Part shown: positions 31,668 to 42,492 of the stretch, piece after piece | How positions within the stretch are numbered: position 1 is the stretch's first letter | Layout: every line of letters begins with the position of its first letter | Source: Candidatus Bathyarchaeota archaeon | Lineage (GTDB): Archaea > Thermoproteota > Bathyarchaeia > Bathyarchaeales > Bathycorpusculaceae | Assembly: GCA_963811105.1 (NCBI GenBank) | Contig: CAWEPZ010000011.1 | Coordinates: forward strand, 128,001-192,000 | Length of the DNA stretch: 64,000 nucleotides | Reading direction: 5' to 3' | The notes under the pieces: generated by a model | The model's input: only the letters and a program-made list of their open reading frames with translations | Database searches by the model: none | Told to the model about the DNA's origin: nothing | Made by a program: the position numbers and the translations under genes

Positions 31668-32399
31668 TTATTTCCACTTGGTCAGGATCTCTTCTCGTTT
31701 GAAAGTAGATTTGCTCAAGAAGAATAGAACTACGTCAGCGATCAAAACAACGCCAGAAATGATCAGAAGGTTACTGATACTGAAGGTAAAAATTCCTTCT
31801 GCTCCTGCAAAAAAGACAGCAACGAACGGAATAAACATGAGGCCAGCGATCTGGTTTGCACCCCGAACGTCGCTTACTCGCGATGATGCAATCACCGCTA
31901 CCTCAATACTAAGAACTGCTGCAAGAGGAGCGAGGATTAACAGCATAACGCCAGCGTTCCAGTTGGGAAAATAATAGTAGCCTAACCCCCCGTTGTATAA
32001 TATATAGTCCGTTGCTAGCATGAAGATTGATGCTCCTATCCATGTGGATAGAATAGGCGGTATGAACGATGCGATGCTTTTTCCGAGGAGAATCTCGCCA
32101 TCCGTTGTCGGGGTTGCAAGCAACGGTTCCAATGTCTTTTCAACTTTTTCACCCACTATGCTGTACGCTGCAATCGTACTGGGGAGAACAGTTGCTAAAA
32201 CAACGAAGATGTAAATGATTGATTCGGCACCTATCGATATTGTAGTGGGGATCCCAGAGGCTATTTGGTCCTTGACGACGATTGAGAAAACAATTGCGAT
32301 GAGAAGGGGAAGCCCAACAGTATAGAAGATTATGCTTCTCTTTCTGCTGATTACCTTCAGCTCTTTACGCGCTATCTTCCATGGCATCCAGGTAGTCAT
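31668..32399 (-). CDS. ABC-2 type transporter permease
   Basis: IARKELK, SIVGEKVEKTLEPLLATP, EILLGK; 6 TM helices. Confidence 0.9.
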   Translation of the reverse strand: MTTWMPWKIARKELKVISRKRSIIFYTVGLPLLIAIVFSIVVKDQIASGIPTTISIGAESIIYIFVVLATVLPSTIAAYSIVGEKVEKTLEPLLATPTTDGEILLGKSIASFIPPILSTWIGASIFMLATDYILYNGGLGYYYFPNWNAGVMLLILAPLAAVLSIEVAVIASSRVSDVRGANQIAGLMFIPFVAVFFAGAEGIFTFSISNLLIISGVVLIADVVLFFLSKSTFKREEILTKWK

Positions 32400-33322
32400 T
32401 GTATGTTCTCCTTAACTAGTTTCAGGTAAGCTTCTTCTAGCGAGCTGCTAGTCACTGTCACTGTCTCGATGCGTCCTCCCACTGCTACGATTGCGTTTAT
32501 CATGTCAGGATTCTCCTCTTCCGGATTCTCGCTGTCAATCGTCAGCTGGTTGCCCTCTCTGACCACGTTCTTGACCTGTAGCTTCTTTAGCGAATCAAGA
32601 ATCGCTTCATTCACCTGTCTCAACTGGATCACCGTTTTCCTTCCGTGGATCGACCGTTCGAGTTCTTCAGGGGTGCCTACTGCCGTCAGCCGGGTATTCA
32701 AGATGCCAATTCTATCGCAGATTCTCTGTGCTTCGTCGAGATTGTGTGTATTTAGGAAAATTGTTTTTTTCTGCTTTTTCAGGGCAAGAATAAACTCCCT
32801 AACCGTCTTCGCTGATTCAGGATCTAAATTAGCTGTAGGCTCATCCATAAACAGGATTTCAGGATCATGTACCAAAGCACGTGCGATCGCGAGTTTCTGC
32901 TTCATACCTTTAGAAAAAGTTCCAGCTAAAGCGTCCTTCTTCTCCCAGAGTCCAAGCAACTTTAGGAAGTACTCGTTGCTCTCTTTCCGCTGAGAGTCAG
33001 TCCTTCTATATAGAGTTCCGTAGTAATCCAAGTTCTCATATGCAGTTAAAGACTCGTAGAGTCCCACGTTATCTGGGACGAGACCGATGATCTTTCTAAT
33101 CTTCAGAGCATTTTCTTCGTTGCCAATCTCATAACCACCAATCCTAGCGCTGCCGCTAGTCTTGGATATAAGGCAGCAAAGCATTCTCACCGTCGTAGTC
33201 TTTCCTGCGCCGTTAGGTCCGAGTAGGCCAAAGACTTCACCTTCATCTACGCGAAGGGTTAGATTATCAACCGCAGCTAAGCTACCGAACTTTCTCGTAA
33301 GTCTCTCGGTCTCAATCATCAT
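32396..33322 (-). CDS. ABC transporter ATP-binding protein
   Basis: GPNGAGKTT, FSKGMKQK, MDEPT, H-loop. Confidence 0.95.
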   Translation of the reverse strand: MMIETERLTRKFGSLAAVDNLTLRVDEGEVFGLLGPNGAGKTTTVRMLCCLISKTSGSARIGGYEIGNEENALKIRKIIGLVPDNVGLYESLTAYENLDYYGTLYRRTDSQRKESNEYFLKLLGLWEKKDALAGTFSKGMKQKLAIARALVHDPEILFMDEPTANLDPESAKTVREFILALKKQKKTIFLNTHNLDEAQRICDRIGILNTRLTAVGTPEELERSIHGRKTVIQLRQVNEAILDSLKKLQVKNVVREGNQLTIDSENPEEENPDMINAIVAVGGRIETVTVTSSSLEEAYLKLVKENIQ

Positions 33323-33751
33323 TTCAATCCGTCACGATTAAGCTTCAATTCTTCTATTAAGAAGCACTCAATCACGTTGGACTAATCTAAACCAATGATT
33401 AAGGCTAATAGCTTTTCCTCAAAGAAAAAAAATATAATATTGATGTTATTAAAAATTTGAGAAAAAGAGGGGTTTGGGACAAAAGTCCTTTGAGCTGTTT
33501 TCTTCATTCACCCTTTGATTGACTGTTAGGTGAAGGAAGATATTTTTTTGCAATCTAGAATCACCCGAAAAAAGACTATGATAACCTTATAACTAGCTTT
33601 GTGCAGTGGAAATAATCTCGGGCACAGAAACGAGTCATGGTTTGTGCCGATATACCCATTGCGCACTCCTCCGACAGATTAGCCCTTAACATCTGCATTA
33701 ACGATTCTTTAAAATAGCAGTTTCAATAACAATAAATTAGGTGTCGTTTTC

Positions 33752-34702
33752 ATGAGCCTTTATTCCTTTGAGGGTACATTGAAACCTCTTGCCCCTTTTG
33801 ACTTTTCCAAATCTCTCGAATTCCTATCTGATTTCAGTCCAACGAAAAATGAACAAGATGTAAAAATCGGATCTTTCACAAAAGCCGTCCAAGCAAAAGG
33901 CAAAACAATCGCATTTGAAGTAACCGACAAGGGAACCATTGAAAACCCAAAGCTACAATTCACAGCATACTCAGAAGCAAAGTTCACTGACGAAGTCAAA
34001 GATATGGTTACTGACCGGATAAGCTTCTTTCTAAGTCTCCAAGATAACCTAAAAGAATTCTATGAATTAGCAAGAAAAGACGAGTGCTTACATCCTGCAA
34101 TCAAGCAGTTTTATGGTCACAAACAAGTAAAGTTCTTGACGCCTTTTGAAATTGCATGCTGGGCAGTTCTAAACCAAAGAATACCTATGAATGTGGCTCG
34201 CAAAATGAAAGAAAATATTGTCAAGAATGTGGGCGGTAAAATTAAAGTCAAAGGAGTTGAATATTATTCTTTTCCTGAGCCGTCTCATCTGGTGGCTGCA
34301 TCTTCCGAGTTGCCTGAGATGGTGCCAAATAAGAGAAAAGTAGAGTACATATCATCTGTGGCGGAAGCGTTCTGCACAGTTGATGAAAAATGGCTTAGAG
34401 AGGCGTCATATGATGAGGTTCATGATTGGTTAACGGATATCAAGGGTATTGGAGATTGGTCAGCTAACTTTGTGATGATACGGGGATTGGGAAGAATGGA
34501 GGAACTGTCAAGCGTAGAACCGCGGCTTGTTTTAGATGTCGCCAAGATTTATGCCGGTAAAGATAAACAAATGAACAAAGAAGAGGTGTGCCAGATAGCC
34601 GAGAAATACGGTAAATGGAAAGGGTATTGGGCCTATTACGTCAGAATATATGCAGAATTCGCATATGTTTTTGATAGGGGAAAAATGCTTTTAATGAAGT
34701 GA
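33752..34702 (+). CDS. alkA: DNA-3-methyladenine glycosylase II (HhH-GPD family)
   Basis: TPFE...AVLNQRI, FPEP, LTDIKGIGDWSA HhH motif, WKGYWAYY. Confidence 0.85.
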   Translation: MSLYSFEGTLKPLAPFDFSKSLEFLSDFSPTKNEQDVKIGSFTKAVQAKGKTIAFEVTDKGTIENPKLQFTAYSEAKFTDEVKDMVTDRISFFLSLQDNLKEFYELARKDECLHPAIKQFYGHKQVKFLTPFEIACWAVLNQRIPMNVARKMKENIVKNVGGKIKVKGVEYYSFPEPSHLVAASSELPEMVPNKRKVEYISSVAEAFCTVDEKWLREASYDEVHDWLTDIKGIGDWSANFVMIRGLGRMEELSSVEPRLVLDVAKIYAGKDKQMNKEEVCQIAEKYGKWKGYWAYYVRIYAEFAYVFDRGKMLLMK

Positions 34703-34798
34703 ATCGAAAAAGGTGCCAGACGAAGTTCGCAAACTCACCCATGCTATATTGACTACCAGTTCTGTTGTTTCGCAAATAAATCAGGAACATTTCAAGTG

Positions 34799-34840
34799 TT
34801 TATGCCCGTAAATGGGAGTTTGAATCCCTTCCCAACACCA
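34799..34840 (+). repeat. tRNA-derived element, partial copy ending in CCA
   Basis: tttatgcccgtaaatgggagtttgaatcccttcccaacacca: degenerate arm, T-arm and acceptor strand. Confidence 0.6.
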
Positions 34841-34905
34841 ATAAATTTCTAGTCGAAGAAAACTGTCTTCAAAAAAGAGCAAAAAACAAGCCGTCATCTA
34901 ATACT

Positions 34906-35358
34906 TTGAATTACTTATTGAACAATCTTTATTATAAAGAGTTAAATTCGCTTCCAGATAATCGTAACTTGGTTAGTGAATTGGAGAAATCGTTTTTGAT
35001 ATTGGAGCAGAAAGTCATTTCCTACTTGTGCACCTATGGAAACACTAAGGAAACCGATCTAATCACCTACGGTGTGCAAAAACTGGGCATATCTAAAGAA
35101 GGCATGGTAAAGCTTATTGATGAAATGGTATTCACTGGCAGAATCGAGCGAATCTTACATAAAGAAATTGAGCCTGCGGTAACCTACGTAAAACAAGGAA
35201 GCCCGTTTCCGCTTGAACTTAAACTGCACGCTATATCTGATTCGTTGGAATTAAGTGAAGCAACTAATCAACAAATTGAAAAGCTAAAGGAAATCCTTGA
35301 TAAAGCAGAAGCTATTGCGAAAAAGAGAATGAAAAGAAAAACAAACTCCATAGATTAA
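34906..35358 (+). CDS. Hypothetical protein, possible winged helix (true start probably ~34969)
   Basis: Intact ORF with a helix-helix-helix-wing-like pattern. Confidence 0.55.
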   Translation: MNYLLNNLYYKELNSLPDNRNLVSELEKSFLILEQKVISYLCTYGNTKETDLITYGVQKLGISKEGMVKLIDEMVFTGRIERILHKEIEPAVTYVKQGSPFPLELKLHAISDSLELSEATNQQIEKLKEILDKAEAIAKKRMKRKTNSID

Positions 35359-36090
35359 TCATCGCACGCTCAAGAAACCGAGTTCTAATACGATGTGTTA
35401 TGAAGTAAATAGTTTATTGCTGAAGAAAAACAGACAAAACCTAGGAAACAAAAGAAAAGAACTTGATTCCAAAGTCTAATAATGAGAGGCATAAGCTCAA
35501 ACTCCCAAATCATGTAGTTTTTAATCAAAATAGGGAATCAAGACAATAGAGCTATTGAGCATCATGAAGAGCGTGTTACCGTTAGACTTTTGACTCTCTA
35601 TGGGTCTGACGGGTTTACCCCAAATGGATATGAACCGCTCGTTGAAAAAACGTGCTCCGGTCAGAAAAGGACTCTACTACAAATCTGAGGATTGGAGCCT
35701 GATTTAATGTGGGATTCCCTTCCGTGTTAGGTTTTAGTGAAGTTGTTTGCATATGAACTACCTCGAACCTTCTGGTTGCTAAATTGGCTTAGAAAGAAAG
35801 GCTCAAGCGCTATTTTAAACAAAGCATACGCTTGCCGATGAGGTGGGGTTATTTGAACCTATGAAGAAATGGAGATATCTACCGCAAATCCCCTTTTTCT
35901 TTTTCTTGGGATAATCTTTAATTTTGGATTGTTCAAACGTTCGTAGAAGTTTGAATTTCTTGTTGGTAAGACATATGGAAGCGAATGCGCCAATGAGATG
36001 TACGTGTTCACTTTTTCATTAATTTAGAAACATCCAAGGCGAACTTGTCCATTGATGCAAGTAGAGAATTGATTCTGTTTCTAATCTTAG

Positions 36091-37257
36091 CTAGCTTGAG
36101 TCAGTCAGATTAGGAGGAAATTCAGGTTTAAAAATTGAAGACCACTGTGCATCTCTAAAGTCATCAAGCCATCCTGCATCTTCATCTAACTGACACTTGA
36201 ACATGACGCCCAAGTTCTCCCTGTCCTTGGCTTCATGATACTTAAAGTAAATCTCCCTGTCCATTATACCAAGTATCTCTAACTTGCCGGTTACATGCGA
36301 CATTATATACTTGAAGCGTTTGCTAAGCCCATTACAACTTGCTTTTGCTTTTTCAACTATCCTGGATCCTTCGCACAGTGGAACTTGGAATTGATGCTTA
36401 ACCCTCTTGACAGGACGGCACTGAAAAAGGTAGTAGGGCACCACGCCAACACCGACGAGTTTATTCATTAAGGTTGCAATCGTGCTGGGATTATCGTTAA
36501 CTCCGCGTAGCAGAACAGTCTGATTGCTAACCAGAACGCCAGCCTCAAGCAAATTGTTCACAGCACCAATGGACTGTGGAGTTATTTCCCGAGGGTGATT
36601 AAAATGTGTCACAACATGCAACCTCTTATCACTCTTTGAATACTTCCTTAAGATAGCCAGAAGCTTAGAATCAGAAAGCCTCGCAGGAAGAGTAACAGGA
36701 ACCCTGCTTCCGATTCTAATGAATCGAACATGTTTTATTCTATCCAAAACTTCAAGGAACCTCTTGATAATTTCACTATCAAGCACAAGCGGGTCTCCGC
36801 CGCTGATTAGAACATTGTTTATTTCTTGATGTTCTGCAACATAAGCTGCAGCATCCTCAAAACGCCGCAGCGTTTCTTCATTTGGCAACCCAACTAGGCG
36901 TTTCCTAAAACAGTGTCTGCAATACATAGCGCACTGGTTGGTAGCTAAAATCAAAGCTGTCTCTGAATACTTGTGCTGCAGCCCGGGAACCACCGTGTTT
37001 TCTGTTTCTCCACTTGTGTCATAGATCCCTTCAAGGCTTAGCTCTTCAACAGAAGGCACAGCCATTTTTCTTATCGGATCATCAGGGTCATTCCAGTCAA
37101 TAAGCGACATATAATAAGGGCTGATCCGCATAGGATGCACTTTAATTATTTTTTCCAGCATCCTCGCTTCATCAGAAGCAAGGCCTACATATTTCTTGAG
37201 ATGCTTCACACTGGAGATGCTTTTTTCTAATTCTTTAAACTCTGGCATGCAGACCAA
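36091..37257 (-). CDS. KamA family radical SAM protein (lysine 2,3-aminomutase-like)
   Basis: GLQHKY, CAMYCRHCFRK, ISGGDPL, THFNHPREIT, NQTVLLRGVND, PYYLFQC. Confidence 0.92.
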   Translation of the reverse strand: MVCMPEFKELEKSISSVKHLKKYVGLASDEARMLEKIIKVHPMRISPYYMSLIDWNDPDDPIRKMAVPSVEELSLEGIYDTSGETENTVVPGLQHKYSETALILATNQCAMYCRHCFRKRLVGLPNEETLRRFEDAAAYVAEHQEINNVLISGGDPLVLDSEIIKRFLEVLDRIKHVRFIRIGSRVPVTLPARLSDSKLLAILRKYSKSDKRLHVVTHFNHPREITPQSIGAVNNLLEAGVLVSNQTVLLRGVNDNPSTIATLMNKLVGVGVVPYYLFQCRPVKRVKHQFQVPLCEGSRIVEKAKASCNGLSKRFKYIMSHVTGKLEILGIMDREIYFKYHEAKDRENLGVMFKCQLDEDAGWLDDFRDAQWSSIFKPEFPPNLTDSS

Positions 37258-37972
37258 ACTTCCCTTTTGTTAACCAACGAGGTTTACTTCTTAACGGAAC
37301 TGAACGGATATACATTAGAATTCGAGAATATTGATTTCGTTTTGTTGTGCATAGTTCAATTGCTTCTAGCTTAGTTTCATTTTCCTTCAACCTGCACATG
37401 TGCCTTATCTTCGACCTTGTGAGTGAGTAGGTACCAAGCGATCCCACCATAGTAGCGATTATTCTTCAGATTCTGATTATTCATTATAGACGCTCTCCAA
37501 CAGTGAGATTCTTAACGCTTCGAAATTCCAATTCTGACTTCACCCAAAAGTCTCCCCCTAATGCACTCCGTTTTGTTGATTTTAGTTATCTGCTGATAAC
37601 ACTTTAGTTGTATCCTTACTTTTGAAATAAGCTTTTTTGAGAAGTAGAATTTACTAGATTTCCAAAAACGCCATCAATTAGCAAAGGCCAGTTCGCTAAA
37701 TTAGCAAAATCTTGTGCGCTCAACTTTCAGCGAGTGCTTTTTTTTAAGCGCACGCATTGGTATGTAGGACGAAGCACCAATCAGATGTAAATGTCACCCA
37801 CACGCCCCTTTTTTCTGAATTGAATCTCTACCATATAGTGAGGGTAATGTGAATAATGTTTTGACTAATATTTCTAGGTCTCACCTGCTTCAGCGTACTC
37901 ATCAAAACGGTTGGATTTTTCTGAGAATCTTTATATTGACTCAAAGATTTCGGCTATGCTAAGAAGACCATA

Positions 37973-39808
37973 ATGAGCATAGCAAAACCCCTGCTGGATT
38001 ATGCCAAGTCGCTTAAACCACAAAAGGGTTTTAGGCAGTCAATTTCGGCTTTCCAGAGGCTGATGAAATATCACAAGCGGTATTATTGGTTCATAGTGGC
38101 TATAGTCATCCTCGCCTTGGGGAGAGCGATCCTATTCGCGATAGAACCGTTGTATACTACATACATCATAAACTATGTCATCGGGCCTCCGACTAACATC
38201 AGCCTTTTGCAGGGTTACCTTCTAGTCATCATCACAGCTGGAGTAGGCTTTGCAATAACAAACTTTGTCTTGACATTCTTGCACGGCGTAATGTCTCAGT
38301 ACATCGTGCGAGATTTAAGAACAGACTATTATCGTTCGCTACAGGGCAAATCCTTTAGTTTCTACGATTCAGTAAGCGTTGGCGATCTAACGTCAAGAGC
38401 AACGGTAGACCTGCAGTTAGTGGACGCATTCCTGAGAACATGGCTAGGCACTTTTCTAAACGCTGTTTTCTTAACGATAGTAATCATCGCGATAATCCTT
38501 CCCATAAGCCCAATCTTGACCCTGATTTCGTTAGCTACGATGCCGCTGATCTTCTATTTCACGACACGCCTCTGGGTGGAAACAATGCCCCTCTTTAGAA
38601 ACATGCAGCTAATTATAGGAAGACTGGGATCTTACATATACCAAAACATTGTAGGGATGAAAACTGTCAGGATATTTCATCGAGAAAAGCAGATTGTCGA
38701 CGGATTTAAAGACGTTGAGAACATCTACGTGAAAACTGCTATCAAAGCAGGCAAGATACAATCAATTTTCATGCCTCTTGGTCCAGCGATACTCACACTC
38801 GGAATAGCCCTAGTCTACGTCTATTCTGGATATTCGATAAGCATTCCAGGCTCTGCTTTGACAGTTGGAGACATAATTCTGTTTGCCAGATACATGATGA
38901 GACTGACTTTTCCGATAAGAGATCTGAGTCAGACATTAGGAACATGGGTGACTGCCTACGCCGGTCTTGAAAGAGTCCTGCAAATAACCGACGCACCAAG
39001 AAACGTCGAAGACCTGCCTGACGCCAAAGACCTCAGAATAGAAAAAGGAAAACTTGAACTCGAAAATGTGACTTTTGGATACGTGAAAGACAGACCTGTG
39101 CTAAGAAACATAACCTTCACGGTGGAGCCAGGCGAAAGAGTAGCCATACTCGGGGCAACAGGATCTGGGAAGAGTTCTCTGATCTATCTAATCCCGAGAT
39201 TCTATGATATCCAAGAGGGTAGCATAAAAATCGATGATATAGATATACGCCAAATCAAACTCAGTTCTCTTAGGCGGCAGATAGGCGTAGTGTTGCAGGA
39301 CGTTTTCTTGTTTTCAGGAACGATTAAGGAGAATATTGCTTTCGGTAAGCCTAACGCAACGATGGACGAAGTAGTGAAGGCTGCCAAGGCTGCTCGAATG
39401 CATGATTTCATTGAATCACTCCCATGTGGATATGAAACGCCCGTAGGTGAGAGAGGAATCACACTTTCTGGAGGTCAAAAACAGAGAATAACTATAGCGC
39501 GGGCGCTTGTAACAGATCCAAGAATTCTGATAATGGATGATTCCTTGTCTTTTGTAGACGCTAGGACTGAGCAAGAAATACAATCTGCGATTGAAGAAGC
39601 AACGAAGACGAGGACGACACTCGTAATTGCGCAACGATTTTCAACGATAAAAACAGCTGAAAAGATAATAGTTCTTGAGAACGGTTCGATAGCTGAATTC
39701 GGGTCTCATGAGGAACTAATAGCAAAGAATGGCCTCTACAAGAAGGTCTACGAAACACAGTTCATTCAAAAAGATTCATCGATTCCGGAGGAAAGAGGTG
39801 GTTCATAG
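37973..39808 (+). CDS. ABC exporter subunit (TMD+NBD, degenerate Walker B)
   Basis: 6 TM helices, GATGSGKS, LSGGQKQR, IMDDSLS. Confidence 0.93.
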   Translation: MSIAKPLLDYAKSLKPQKGFRQSISAFQRLMKYHKRYYWFIVAIVILALGRAILFAIEPLYTTYIINYVIGPPTNISLLQGYLLVIITAGVGFAITNFVLTFLHGVMSQYIVRDLRTDYYRSLQGKSFSFYDSVSVGDLTSRATVDLQLVDAFLRTWLGTFLNAVFLTIVIIAIILPISPILTLISLATMPLIFYFTTRLWVETMPLFRNMQLIIGRLGSYIYQNIVGMKTVRIFHREKQIVDGFKDVENIYVKTAIKAGKIQSIFMPLGPAILTLGIALVYVYSGYSISIPGSALTVGDIILFARYMMRLTFPIRDLSQTLGTWVTAYAGLERVLQITDAPRNVEDLPDAKDLRIEKGKLELENVTFGYVKDRPVLRNITFTVEPGERVAILGATGSGKSSLIYLIPRFYDIQEGSIKIDDIDIRQIKLSSLRRQIGVVLQDVFLFSGTIKENIAFGKPNATMDEVVKAAKAARMHDFIESLPCGYETPVGERGITLSGGQKQRITIARALVTDPRILIMDDSLSFVDARTEQEIQSAIEEATKTRTTLVIAQRFSTIKTAEKIIVLENGSIAEFGSHEELIAKNGLYKKVYETQFIQKDSSIPEERGGS

Positions 39809-41633
39809 TGTCAGGTTCATACGGAACATTCTCCACAAAACAGGAAGAAGAAGGAAAAAGAACTGTTTCTGACCGAGTTCTGATAAGAAGAGTCTACGAC
39901 TATGCTAAGGCTAACAAACGGAACTTGACGATCGGTATTACGGCAACCGTAGCTGGCGCCTTCACAGGTCTTGCGGCACCCTATATGCATGCGATAGCCA
40001 TCGACCAAATAATTACACCAGCTATTACAAACGCTAAGAACCTCATGGGCTTCCTTTGGTGGATTCCTCTATTCGCTGCAATCATCCTGGGCAACTACGT
40101 GTTCCAATACGTCCAGACCTACCAAATGCGAGTGGTTGGAGAAAATGTAGTTGCAAGAATGAGAGATGACATAATGGAAAAACTACAGGTTGTCTCGCTA
40201 AGGTATTTTTCAGAGGGCGAGGCCGGAAGAATCGTCTCTCGTCCGACGAACGACGCCAACACCGTAAGGATATTTCTAAGATTGGGTCTCACAAGCATTC
40301 TTATTGACATTTCCTCAATTCTCGGTGCTTTCGCCATAATGTTTTACCTTGACCTTCGACTATCACTTCTCGCATTGTCTGTTCTGCCAGTGGCCTTATT
40401 GCTAATATGGTTTCTCGGAAAATACTCAAGAGCTGCATACAGAAGAGTATTAATCACTACTTCGGGACTGACCGCAAGAATGCAGGAAGACTTATCAGGC
40501 ATAAAAGTGATCCAAGCAAATGCCCAAGAGGAGGACGCAGAACAGAAATTCCTGAAGAGCCAGAACGAAAACGTCAAAGCCACTAACAAAGCAATCCTCA
40601 TAGGTTCTTCATATACGCCTTTTGTAATAGGATTGAGGTTAATCGGAACCATGATAATTCTGTTCTACGGAGTCAATGCCTTGCTGAATGGTGTGATCAC
40701 GCTAGGAATTCTTGTGGCCTTCACGGAGTACCAGTTCTCGTATTTTATGCCGCTTGTCGACCTAGTATCTATGTATGATCAGTATCAGTCATGCATGTCT
40801 GCTATTGAGAGAATGTTTGACGTGATAGACACAAAAGTTGAAGTCTTGGATGCATTGCCTGAAAGGAGTGTAGCATTGCCATGATCGAAGAAGTCAGATT
40901 TGAGAAAGTCAATTTCGAGTACGAGAAAGGAGTTCCTATTTTGAAAGATATCAATTTTACTCTTAAGCGTAATTTGAAACTTGCAATTGTCGGCCAGACA
41001 GGCGCAGGGAAAAGCACGTTAATCAACCTTCTCGCCAGATTCTATGATCCGACTGAAGGTAGAATACTCATCAATGGACATGACATAAGGGACATCCCGC
41101 TGGAATCATTGAGAGGTCACATGAGCATAGTGCTACAAGATTCGTTTCTCTTTTCAGTTTCCGTAAAAGAAAACATTAGGTTCGGGAAACTTGATGCGTC
41201 AGATCAAGAAATTGTAAATGCTGCAAAATCCATTGGTGCCCACGATTTCATAATGAAGCTTCCTAATGATTACGACTACGTAATACAGGAAGGGTCTTCA
41301 AACATATCTATAGGCCAAAGACAACTTATTAGCTTCGCCAGAACTCTTGTTGCGAATCCGGAAATCTTGGTGCTGGACGAGGCAACTTCCTCAGTCGATG
41401 CCTACACCGAACTAGTGATACAGAGAGCCTTGAAGACATTGATGCGCAACAGAATGACTATAATAATTGCCCACAGGCTTTCAACAATTAGGCTTTGTGA
41501 TGAAATTTTAACCATCGACCATGGGTCAATAGTGGAAAGAGGAACGCATGAACAGCTGATGCGCAGTAATGGATTGTACAGTTCATTTTACAGATTGCAA
41601 TTCAGAGAAGAAGCAGGAACAGGCACATCGTAA
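39808..41633 (+). CDS. ABC exporter partner subunit, split at 40881-40884 into TMD and NBD ORFs
   Basis: 39808..40884 is the TMD; 40881..41633 is the NBD (GQTGAGKS, ISIGQRQ, LDEATS). Heterodimeric TmrAB/TM287-288-type arrangement. Confidence 0.88.
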
Positions 41634-41816
41634 TAGTCCAAGGGCGCATATATGGGAACGAAATAAGCTAAGAGATTTCATCAAAAGATTGAAGAGAATT
41701 CTAGCCGTACTATGAGCTAATACTGCAGAAGAAACATACATTGGAAACTCTGATCAAATGACAACTAGAGGAATCTAAAAATCTCGAGTCATTAGAAAAA
41801 TGCGCGATTTAAATAG

Positions 41817-42119
41817 TTACGTATCGGGATAGAGGTTAGGTCCCATCTTTTCTTCTTCAGGCGCGCTGGGCATCATACTGTCAGTTCTAACTGGCTGTGG
41901 AATAGTCAGTAAGGTTTGAGTTCGAAGTACTCCATTCACATGGTGTATTCCCTTAATTATGTTCCCCATATCATCCAAGTTCGAAAACTGTATCAAAACT
42001 ATCGCATCGAACTGTCCAGTCACCCCATACGCCGCCTTCACGCCTTCAACCTTGAGCACACCTTCCAGAACTTGCCACAAGATACCAGCTTCCAAGTTTA
42101 CTAGAATGAAAGCTTCCAA
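41817..42119 (-). CDS. Lrp/AsnC ligand-binding (RAM) domain protein
   Basis: AFILVN...GVKAAYGVTGQFDAIV...GVLRTQTL. Confidence 0.88.
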   Translation of the reverse strand: MEAFILVNLEAGILWQVLEGVLKVEGVKAAYGVTGQFDAIVLIQFSNLDDMGNIIKGIHHVNGVLRTQTLLTIPQPVRTDSMMPSAPEEEKMGPNLYPDT

Positions 42120-42492
42120 ATTGCCTTCCTCAAGATCAAATAACGTGGACTAATGATAAATCTGTTACTCAGAGACACGCGCTTAGAGTGGCTGGGAGGG
42201 TGACTTGAGTGATTGTATTGGAGTTCTCTACCATATAGACTATGTAAAACCTATTCTTTTCGCTAAAAAAAATGTTAATCTTTTTTTTGATGACCCAAAG
42301 AAAGCAAATTCAAAATTTCCAAACCGATAAGCGAAAAAATCTAACATTTTTTGTGGTTTTGAACAAGGATTGTTGTGTGGTAGCCGAGTTACAGACTAGA
42401 TTACATTGAGAAACGTTTTTCAGTTTAACTAAAAAGTAGCGACTCAGCTTATATCTGAAGGCAAGTTAACAATAGTAATCAAAACAAAAGAA

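Noticed and set aside
15679-34840. tRNA-like strings as functional or split tRNA genes
   Set aside because: Only degenerate T-arm/acceptor 3' pieces are present, with no D-arm or anticodon arm. They are treated as repeats.
35833-35865. Further minus-strand T-loop-like string (GGTTCAAATAACCCCACC), also weak strings at ~21028-21056 and ~25703-25720
   Set aside because: Too degenerate and lacking a clear palindromic arm to count as element copies, though they may be older relics.
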